From the NCBI GenBank assembly GCA_002633005.1, contig NMRA01000949.1:26799-90798 (forward strand): DNA of 64,000 nt, read 5' to 3'. The DNA comes from Phoronis australis. Lineage: Eukaryota; Animalia; Phoronida. The position numbers and the translations under genes are program-made. Of this stretch, positions 54,357-64,000 are shown piece by piece. The first letter of the stretch is position 1. Each line of letters begins with the position of its first letter. The notes beneath the pieces were generated by a model that was given only the letters and a program-made list of their open reading frames with translations, was not told where the DNA came from and made no database searches.

Positions 54357-56335
54357 GGTAGGTGTATACACTGATCAAATCTCCAGGTTCCTAACTAAAA
54401 TGAGTAAAAAGGGAGTTTTAACTAGTTAGACATGACTCTGAAAGTGACAAAAATCGAAAAAAAAGTTTTTTGGAGTTCGTTTTTTTAAAAAATCGTATTT
54501 TTTAATTTTCAAAAAATCTAATTTTACCACGATTTTTTTTCAAAATGCACAGGGATCATCATCAACTGTTTCCTTAGGCAATATTCTACTTATCTATACC
54601 AAATAATATGTACAAAATCATTATGATCTTGATTTTGGGGCATTTTTTGTGTGTGAGTTGGGGCAAGCACGCCACTTTTTGTCATTTGGTCACTTTCCGT
54701 CTAATAACTAAAAATCTGGTCCATTTATCAAAAAATCCTGGCACGCGATTTTACTTCAGTCCTAGAGTATTTCAAATTTGCAACTTTCGCAAAAATTGAC
54801 CCACGTGTTGTGAAAAAATAGGCCCGAGAATCTTGTCACTATCTTGAAATCACGAGCCGAGAAAAACGGCTTTGAAGTTAAGCGGTCATCGATTGCCACT
54901 TGAGATCAAATTTCGTATAGAATGCATGGTCATTATGTTCCAATTTTTGTTGAAGTACTAGAAATAAAGATGACATTTACTTCATATTTAGAAAATGTGA
55001 CATACCTGTTTGTTTACAGCGTAATTTTAATCATTTTTTAGAACTTGTGAAGCACGACAGACGACCAAAACAAATATGGCTGTCACGTGGGCGGAGCTTA
55101 GCGTTGATCTATTGTCTGCTGTACTGGTGTGCCGACCACACATAAAACCATGTGTTGATTGTTTATACGATTCATCTGAACTCTTCACTCAGTTTGTAAA
55201 AGACTCTCTAACTATATTACACAGACCTATTTGTTAGTATTCCAATATTATCATCAACCAATATATGTGTTACATCAAATCGCCGCGTTACTGCCTGCGA
55301 CGAGGATAAAGAACTACTTTCACAGTAATGGCAAAGATACTACTAACTATAAAATCTTTGTTAATGGTTCAACATTTTTACGTGCCTGTACCGAATGGAC
55401 TTTGGGATAAGAAAATATCACTTTCTGCGGAAATAGCGCCGCTTGGGTGAGATTCTCAAGTTACTAAAGTTTCTTATATTGCTTTCCTCTAAAATCGTAT
55501 ATCATGAGTTTTAATTCATTGTTACGTTTGAATCTATGCACTAAAAAAAATTGTTTTGTTGAACACTGGGTCATTTCTCTAATTCTTTGGGTTACGGCCA
55601 GTGGCAAGTTAAAAATCCTCTGGGTTTGACATCCTAGTTTCTCCACGGCGCGTTCCCAGCACAGAAGCACGGTTTATCTGCGAAGACTACTCTGACGGCA
55701 TGTAGTTGTCCATGTGTCGCGCGCGCGGCTTGTCTTCACAGCGCGTGCATGCACTCTCACCGAATCGTGCACCACCACCCACGTCGACACTCAGCGTCCT
55801 CTCCCAAGACACCTGACCTTATATCACCGACTTCTCTTATACATGCACAATTTCTGCACGGACTCCTCAAGCTGAGTGCAGTGATGGCTTCGGTAGGGCT
55901 TGGCGTACTCAACTTCATTTTTTACAGATAGACAAACAGGCTCAGGCTCGGAACAGGAGCTAGTTCACCATTTCACTACCAACTTTCACAAAGTGGTCAA
56001 AAATAGAATTGTTTTATTTTTGGTCTTGCTACAACACCAATATCAGCTGGTACATCACTCTTGATTGCCCGGTTACGCAATGCTTGTTGACAGGGTTAGA
56101 TTAGAGCTATTGTCCTTGTATATAAGCTCCGCCCCAGTTGTCAATCACTGAGCTGGTGGGCACTCAAGCCATATGACTTACTGAGGCTTGGTCAAATATA
56201 GCTAAAAAAACAACTTTGGATTTTCAGAATGATTTTATTTTTCTTCAGTAAACTGTGCATCAAGAATTAAAGATTAGGATGACATAAAAATGTAAAAAAC
56301 AGTAAAAGTTAATTTTTTTGTGTATCCACCATTTC
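54357..56335. mobile_element. Probable non-autonomous Kolobok-like element (~2 kb)
   Basis: Left end ttaa|ggtaggtgtatacac, degenerate right end gtgtatccaccattt, and AT-rich subterminal regions. A possible KolX-like remnant lies at 55560-55800 (-). The right TTAA is not preserved. Confidence 0.45.
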
Positions 56336-56786
56336 GCGTTTCACACCAAGGTATTTAAACGCGTTGTCAACGAGCCGAGATGGTTGTTAACCGAATACCT
56401 TTTGTGTTCTTGTTCAAGGCACAGAATGGCCTATTTAAGCGCATACTTTTAATCAGTTCATACAGTCCAATCACGTCCGTGCTCTCGAATCTCATAATGA
56501 CAGAAGACTTTCTGCATCTGTGCAAGGCCAATTTCGAAGATTTTGCTCCATCACGGCCATATTTCGTCTGCGTTACCTCCTCGCGGCGAAAAAAAAAACT
56601 TGCCTATGACGAGAAACAGCGAATAACTAATTCAACGTGTTAAAACAATACTACTCATTGATTAAGTAACAGTACGCGTTGAATAAGAACACATTAACGC
56701 GGAAAAAGGTATTTGTTTAAGAACCTTTGCTGTTTCATATTGGGGACAGCTGTTCCAAGAGCCTTTGATATTGGTACACGTGGACT

Positions 56787-57201
56787 TGTTGGTATACAGT
56801 TGTACATTTTACGGCTGTGAGCAGTTATGCTCTGAGGAGCCAGGGGGCCTATAATGTCGTCAAGACGACGCTGCGATGCATGCAGGGCTGTAGGAAACGG
56901 AGGTGCACTTGTTCCACAATAATTTACAGGCGTCAGAGTTAAACCGTAGCAACCGTTATAGCCGTGGGTAGTCCAGAAAAGATAGACATCGGAAACTTGG
57001 AGAAGAGCTGAGCTACCTGTCTCAAGTGAATCAAAGCTGAGCTGACTAGCGGGTAGCCTGGTTCATCTTATTCGTGTAGTGATGGGTTTAGCTTCGATTA
57101 AAACCATTGGTAACAGTTAATGTTGCAATATTAATGGATGACTAGAATTCGAGAGAAAATAGTCAATGTAACTAACATTACTAAACGAGGGCGCTACCAC
57201 A
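56787..57201 (-). repeat. Putative 3' LTR of the Gypsy element
   Basis: On the minus strand a polypurine tract aaaggggaga is followed directly by TGTGGTAG at 57201. The distal end (...TACCAACA at 56787) is a guess because no second LTR is available for comparison. Confidence 0.55.
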
Positions 57202-60200
57202 TCTCCCCTTTAAAGCTCCATTGTCTAATATTCGTGGGCAACAGGTCCTAGTTAGGAAACTGAGTATGTTTGCTTAATAGTACACATAAGTACTAATCTC
57301 TTCTATAAGTCGCGTTGTTTTACGTCACTCTCTTGCTTCTCCTCAACTCCTGTGGTTCAATGGAGGGCGTATGAGGTGATTGTTCGGACGACGATTCACT
57401 TAGTCGCTCAGATGGTAACTCCCGGAGAGTTGCGCGGTTCCCACTCACAGTGCCATTGGAAGTCCCGACTTGGAGCTAACGTGGATCGTTTTAACTGACC
57501 ACGCGACCATCTGCAGGTAGATCAGGGTTCCACACACGACTCCCAGGACTTTATTATGCAGTCGGGCTCTGTGACCTGGCGTAGGCTGTTGCAGTTGCCA
57601 GCCATCTCCTTCCCCTCTCGTTTTCTAACAACGTCTGAGTCTGAGCCGCATGGATTCAAGAGCGACGGGTGGCAGAGTACTTTTTTTTTCAATCTCGTAC
57701 CCATGTTCAACTTGCTAGGAGAGTATCCATTAGCCAATGGAGTGTTCCTGTATGTCAAGAGTGCAAAATGTTCATCCTCGCATCTGTAGGGGGCCGACTT
57801 AATGGTCTCAGTGTGCTGCTCTTTCATCCTCATCACCAATTGACTGAGGCTATTTTGGTGATGACGTTGTGCGCTCAAATCTCCACAAATTGGCAAAACT
57901 CAAGAACCGCTGTGAGTTGAACTAAGACCTAATATTGGAAAACAGAACACCTGGGAGGCCATGTTGGGTAAAGACCTTCTTCAGCTCGTCGACCGTCTCA
58001 GTGATGTTCACTTTACGTGTCACACTGATCACCTCGATTTCTCTTGAGTAGTAATCAACTGCTAGAAGGTAAGTATGATGTTGTTATAGTGGAAAAGTCG
58101 GTGCCAACACTTGACTTGTCAGGAAACTCTTGTCCCTTACATCGGTTCAATATCTTTTCCGTCGGGATCTCTGGCACGTATTGCAGTTACGGGAGATTTT
58201 CCCGATGTCTTTCAATAGGCCAGGCTACTACATCGAACATGCTGTATTTTGACTCATCTTGGTTACACTTTGATGGCAATCATGAAAGCGTCGCAGTATG
58301 TCCTCATGCAAGTTAACAGGAATATCCAGTCCCTTTTCTTTCAACAGCAGGTCATCTACGTAGCTTCTTCATCGGTCTATTCATGTCCGCTTTGTTCCAC
58401 CCTTGCTGTGTTTAATACACGACAGTATTCAAGATGTCGTCTAAACGAATCTGATCTCGGATCTCATCCAACCGTTTGTCAGATGCAAGCAGATTGACTA
58501 ATACCGGTCAAACACAACATTCTGGCTCCTTGAAAGCTAAGACTTATCAATTTCAGTGATGGTTGGATTATCTTCGGTGAAGGGTGTCCGTGACAACGCA
58601 TCTTCAGTAATCAGAAGTTTTACCGGTAAGTGCGTAATACCAAATATAAATCTTATCAAGCGTATTCGAAACCTTTATATTGTGACTTGTAGACAATCCA
58701 TTGTATTCGTTGGCTGGTGATCTGTTTCCACATTGGATTACATCCCTCTGAGCATCTCAGCTAGACCAATGCCCTGTGGCTCACGTCACCGACAACGCCT
58801 TTTTTCGATCTGCGCATGTCAACGTTCAGTCGCAGTCATTGCACGACTTGCATGTGCTAACTCGGCTGATTTTGAATCAGGCATGGGCGGAAACAACAGT
58901 CTCTTTGTAAGTACCGTAGAGAATGAGAATGCGATCAGAATCCAATTCTTCTTTGAGTTTAGCGAAAGCATCTTTGTATTGCGTGTACCACGTCCCAGCT
59001 GCTTTGGACTTCAACAACTCTCTTAGTGGTTCCGCTAGATCTGTAAGATGTGTGTACAAAACTTCATCTGTTGGTTCACCATGCCAAGAAATTCTAAATT
59101 CGTGAACGTCTTGTAGCTCAGATGCTCCAACAATTGCTGCTGTTTTCTCAGGATCTTTACGGATGCCTTGACCGTCAATAACTTAGCCCAAATATTCTAG
59201 TTTTGACTGCGAAAACGAGCATTTGTTCACATTCAGGGTCAACCCAATCTCAGAAAACCGTTCCAGCGTTAAGTCTTGTGACGTGTTCGTCTTGTGTTGC
59301 ACCAAATACTAGGATGTCATCCATACGACAAACTACGCCACTAAATCCAGCGAGTTCCTGGTCCATGCGTTCCTGGAAAACTCTGGCGTATAGTAAATAC
59401 CATAGCAAAGTTTGCGAAACGTATGTGCCCGATGGAGTTATGATGGTCGTCAGCTTTGCTCTATCTTCACTCAGAGGCACCTGGTGGAAACCGCAATTGG
59501 CATCTAGGTTCGAGAACACAGTTCCTACGGAAAGCTTACCAAGCGTTTCCTCCACGTTCGGCATTGGATGAATCTCACGTTTCACAGCTACAATTAGCTT
59601 GGTAAGTTCAACACAAATCCTGCCATCTTATTCGGCTTTGGTACCAAGACTATTGGCGAACACAAATCTGTTGCCTCGTCGATGGATTGAATGACACCAA
59701 ATTTTGCTCATTCGTCTAAGTTGTCTTGGATTATCTGCTGTAGCGGCAATGGTACTCGTCAAGGCGAGGAATGACTATATGGCTTCGCGTATTTGAGACA
59801 TGTCTTGTATTCCCCAGACAGTTTTCCTAAACTTCTAAACATTGAAAACTTCCGTACCATTTTTTGCTTCGAGACTGGTTCATCGTCAACCAAAATGTCA
59901 ACAGCTCTTATTGTCATATCACGACCTAGAAATATTCCTGGCACTGTGTCCAGTAGGCCGTTCTTCCGAATAGCCGGCAAACCTAACAGCAACCACAACG
60001 CCTTCTGCACAACCTAGGCTCTTCTACTGCAGTCTTGCTAGTCTTGCTAGTGGACTTTAATTCTAAGTTGACATAGCCAATGACATGGAGCTGGGTGTTT
60101 ACAGTGCCAACAAGAATCTTGCCTGACTTGCTGAGCGGGACATAAAACTAGTACACATTTTCGGGCATAACAGAAACTTTAGCACCTTCTTCGATGAGCC

Positions 60201-60619
60201 ATGTTACGGGAATTTTGTTGATGACTTGTTCTACATACCACACTGGTATCTTGACGGTTTTTGTGTCTGATGTTTCTTGCACACTACGAACAGCACCAAG
60301 AAAAGTAGGATCAGGACGAGGTTCAGGGACGGATACACAGTGTACATTTCAGCCACAAAGTTTGCTGTGGTGTCCATATTTCTTGCATTTACTATAATGT
60401 ACCTTTGCTGCTGGACAGTGTTGCTTTTCTTGGGTATGTAATTGGCCACAAAAGTACATCTGACAGTACGATTTGGCTTCTTTTGGGCCATACGTGTTAG
60501 TCTGCAATCTTTCTATAGTCGGCATCATGGCTTAACCCATCCAGGTCGTGTTGCCTCTCCAAATGACAATTCGCTTATGGATTAATCAAGTGAAAGCGAA
60601 CCACTTATGTCGTATAATT

Positions 60620-60874
60620 CATGCGCCCACCTAGCCTAAAAATGAGGAACTCGAATTTTTGAGAATGTGGACCTTTTACTAAAATTCACGTGGTACGTTC
60701 AGAGCTATGAATCACCCATTCGCCAAATTTTGGTAGTTCCTGACTTTTTTATTGGATTTTGTCTCGTTTTCTACTTGTTTTCGTAGTTTTATCTTTCCAA
60801 GGCAAACTTTTTGCCCACGTTGCCAAATGGGGGGGGGGGGGGNAACCCAGTGAGCCCCCCTGGGTGCAGTCATG
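60620..60874 (-). mobile_element. MITE family A copy nested in Gypsy gag
   Basis: taatt|catgcgcccacctagcc ... gggtgcagtcatg|caatt. Reverse-complement homology to the 41374 copy is strong. Confidence 0.88.
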
Positions 60875-61418
60875 CAATTACAGCTTGCTGTCATCATCGC
60901 ATGAGAATGCAAGTTTGTCGCTTACTGATTCGTGCTTGATCTCCAGCTGAGTTACCCACGAATAAAACGATTGATTTGGCTCCCTTTTCATGTGGCACCA
61001 GAATTGTTCTCGTAGCATCAGCTGAAGATCTTGTTTCCTGAAGTGCTCATCAAAGTGCTCCAAAACTATCCTGTAGTCATCTGGACCTCCCCCTTCCTGA
61101 AATGGAAGTTTGTGATATATTTCACGACCTTGGTCCCTAATCTGATTGAGAAGAAATCCTACTTTCCTTTCATCTGGTTTCTTGGAACACCCGATAGCTT
61201 TCAAATACATGCGGAAGAACTATTTCCAATTCTCCAAGATTTTAGGCAGGTTAATCGGGAAGTTCACTTGCGATGTTCATTTGAGCATAACGCGAAGTTG
61301 TCGTGAGGAATAATGGCAGGTCTTGGCATGTGGAGTAATTAAGCACGGATTGCTATTACTCGCACTCACAGTATTGCCTCCCAGAAGTGATGTCTTTGCT
61401 GTACGCAGATCTTCAAAT

Positions 61419-61541
61419 GATGTTTGACCGGGTACATGGAGGAGTAATATATCCATAGGCAGAAAACTTCAATGGGTGTTAGACTGGCAGAGTAAATACG
61501 CCTAATAGAATTAGTGCCCCCTATTCCTATTGTGAAGACGA
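61419..61541. repeat. Dispersed repeat family C, copy 2
   Basis: gatgtttgaccgggtacatggaggagtaat...cagagtaaatacgcc...tgaagacga is homologous to 50886-51009 in the same orientation. Confidence 0.85.
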
Positions 61542-62479
61542 AGTGATCGAGACTTTTAGTCAATTATTTACAAAAAGTAGAGCTTACAACCGGCGGGGCA
61601 GAATCTGGGAGTTAACCGACACTCACCTTGTCCGTTACATCCATTTAAGTGAGAAAAACAATCTAATAAACGTCAGTTTTGCCTTTTATAACAAAGAAAA
61701 GTCTGTCACTGTACGCTCGTGACACGTGTACGCGACATTTCCTAAAATTTTTCGATGTATCTCCGGAGATGATGACGGCTTCACAGCAGCAAACTGTTTT
61801 AATATTGGGTGTGTTGGTATTAAAATACTTAAAACTTGTAAGGCAATGAAACCAGCTTTGATAATTTGACATGTAGGATACCTCATAGAAGAGCACAGTT
61901 GATTGAAGAATTGGGGAAATTGGCCAATAGGTTACGGAACATTTCATGGCACCGAAAGCCGACCCAAAAGAGCACACTTCAATTTTAGAAGCAGAATAAC
62001 GGTAGAACGCCAATTTTTTCAGCAGGGGTAAATAATTTAGTTTACTCAAGGAAGAGTGTATTTTTTAATGACATCATTAATTTTGTGGTGATAGGCCTGC
62101 AGAAGTATATACACGATGGAAGCCGGAGGGAGTGAAACTAAACCTACAGTCTGACGTCACCCAGGCCGTTGAGCCAACGGACTGACGTCACCAAGCCCAG
62201 TACGAAACTGGCCACTATCCCTCCACGTCCGTGAAAAAAACGGCCCGTGAGAAAAAATAGAACACCTCCAATCTAAATAGAAGGCCGGGTGCACTTCCTG
62301 GGACCAAGGTGGTGTTTGACAACTTAATTCAAACTCGTCGAAACAATGTCTTTTTTTAGGGGTGCAGTTATGTAGCAAAACACTGAGACATAGCAGACAA
62401 AAAATTAAAGCACTAGTTATATTTTGAGACTGCATGCTGTGAACATTACAAGCTAGCGGTTTTGTCTAGTTGTCTCTAG

Positions 62480-63340
62480 AGGGCGCACCAGATATCATCT
62501 CATGGGCAAGCATTCAACATCGTAGTTCAAGGCATAAAACAAGTTCTAGTTAACAATGCTTATACTAATTCTTTTGTTGATAACATACGTTAGGTGTTTC
62601 ATATATAGGATTGACTGTCATGTTGACACTGAACCTAGTACTAGTGCCACTAAGAATGTATATTATAAGAACTGTATGTCTAATAATTGTCTAAGTGACA
62701 AACGTGCTTAAGAGGATTGTAAGGGATAAAGTTAAGGTGGTCAAACCTGGTGATAGATTGAATGAATGTAATTATTTATTATCCAGATGTAAGTCATGTC
62801 ACCGTGTCATGAAAAGCAACTCTAGTCGTGAAAGATTAAGACCAGTGGCCACTTGTTGTTTACCAATTCACGTGTCATATGGACGAATGTCTTCGTCCTC
62901 ATTTTCGTGAACAGCATTACATTGGATGTACGGTGTGTTCTCTGTCCTGGCGGTTGCCCATGCACTTGGAGGGCGGGTCCATTCAAGATCATTTTTTACA
63001 TCAACACGGCCAAAAAATAAAAAGGCAAGAAATAGTAGACAATATCATTATTCCCTGTGTTGAAAATGACACATTTCGCTTAAAGATTTTGGAATCCTTG
63101 TTGATCAGTCACGAAAAGCGTGGGCTGAAGGAGCAGCTCACAGTGTGTACCCACGCTGGCTCTGTTTCATTTGGCTTGTGAGTTTCCCACCGTGTAATAC
63201 ATTTGCACTCTCTCCTTGTGTGCCTCTCTTCCTCCTGTAACCGTGTATGTCACTGTATGTCACTGTATGTTACTGCTTATTTCACTTCATATATGTTCAT
63301 TTCACTCATTGCCTGATGATGAGACATGCGGTCCCTAAAT
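62480..63340 (+). mobile_element. 5'-truncated Penelope-like element fragment (RT thumb + GIY-YIG), different family from the first
   Basis: RAHQISS...IKQVLVNNAY..SFVD (thumb-like), then HYIGCTVCSLSWRLPMHL.GSIQDH...RLKILESLLI (GIY-YIG). The 3' region has short tandem repeats and a ctgatga motif at ~63313. Confidence 0.75.
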
Positions 63341-63558
63341 ACAACTAGAGTTATAATTTGTTTGTCTGTTGAGTTTTGCTACATAGCTGCACCTTGAAAA
63401 AAGGAGCTTGTTTTGACACTATGAGCGAGTTTGTGTTCAAGCTGTCAAACAAAAAGTCCAGTCGTGTTTTCAACCGGATAAGCCCCTGGTTAGCAGGACT
63501 AGGGATTTATTAATATATGATTAAAACTTAGCTGAGGTGATGACTATATGATCTAGCA

Positions 63559-63636
63559 GTGTGCCCTAGTAGGATTCGAACCTATAACCTTGTATAAAGG
63601 AAGTGGACACTTATAATACTAGGCTATACTAAGTCC
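63559..63636 (-). repeat. tRNA-derived fragment (SINE head or tRNA pseudogene)
   Basis: Minus strand tagtatagcctagt...ataggttcgaatcctactag has a T-arm/B-box hairpin (taggttcgaatccta) but no intact D or anticodon arm. Confidence 0.5.
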
Positions 63637-64000
63637 TCTTTGGGGGGATGAAGAAATCAATTTGTTTGTTCTTTCGGTAGTGATGGCAAGTGATTGTATT
63701 GATTCTGAATCGCCAGCCTTTTTGTGTAGCCACGTATACATTATGTATGTTCTTGATGTCACCTTTATCCTAGTGTCTGGCACCTGCTGCTGTATCTCCT
63801 AAACCCCTTTCAAGATCTTAATGAAATTTGGCAAATATGACTTAGATGAAAATGACAATGGATGGTGACAAGATGGACCGATCCGACTACCTGTGGGCCC
63901 CCTAGTGGCAGTTTGATTTTTTACGTTTGTGTCTACATGTTTGGAGTTCTGTGGCAGATTTTCATAACATTTAGCAAATACTTTTTTCATTAAGCTGATG

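Larger units (their letters stand above)
56787..61329 (-). mobile_element. Degraded Ty3/Gypsy LTR retrotransposon (gag-PR-RT-RH-IN)
   Basis: Minus strand order: gag (ATG 61329; MYLKAIG...KVGFLL...LREQFW), protease region (~60200), RT (HPMPNVEETL, LDANCGFHQVPL, RMDDILVFG), RNase H (VETDHQP ~58720), integrase (YLLAVDYYSREIEV ~58050; ALLTYRNTPLANGYSPS), then the PPT. Many stops and frameshifts, and no 5' LTR or PBS found. Confidence 0.93.

Noticed and set aside
49714-63636. Functional tRNA genes at 49714, ~52005-52076 and 63559
   Set aside because: A/B-box-like motifs are present, but the acceptor, D and anticodon stems do not pair. Treated as SINE heads or pseudogenes.

Overview
This is AT-rich, repeat-rich eukaryotic genomic DNA, probably from a marine invertebrate; the protein looks lophotrochozoan, but the species cannot be determined from the sequence. 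The one host gene is a complete six-exon nicotinic acetylcholine receptor alpha subunit on the + strand (8848-39913). Spliced by hand it gives a 1482-nt CDS (493 aa) with a signal peptide, Cys-loop, YxCC loop C, four TM helices and a cation-type GEK filter, and its exon pattern is alpha9/alpha10-like. Intron 1 is 24.6 kb and holds a ~730-bp (GAT)n array and several MITE families. Downstream lie a degraded Penelope-like retroelement (interrupted by a 5-bp-TSD DNA element, with what looks like a hammerhead ribozyme split across its two ends), tRNA-derived SINE-like heads, a Kolobok-like element, a degraded Ty3/Gypsy element with a nested MITE and a second Penelope-like fragment. Most ORFs in the supplied track are spurious. 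I found no CRISPR array or prokaryote-type system, and no clearly new biological system. The best leads are transposon-architecture observations and features of the receptor gene.
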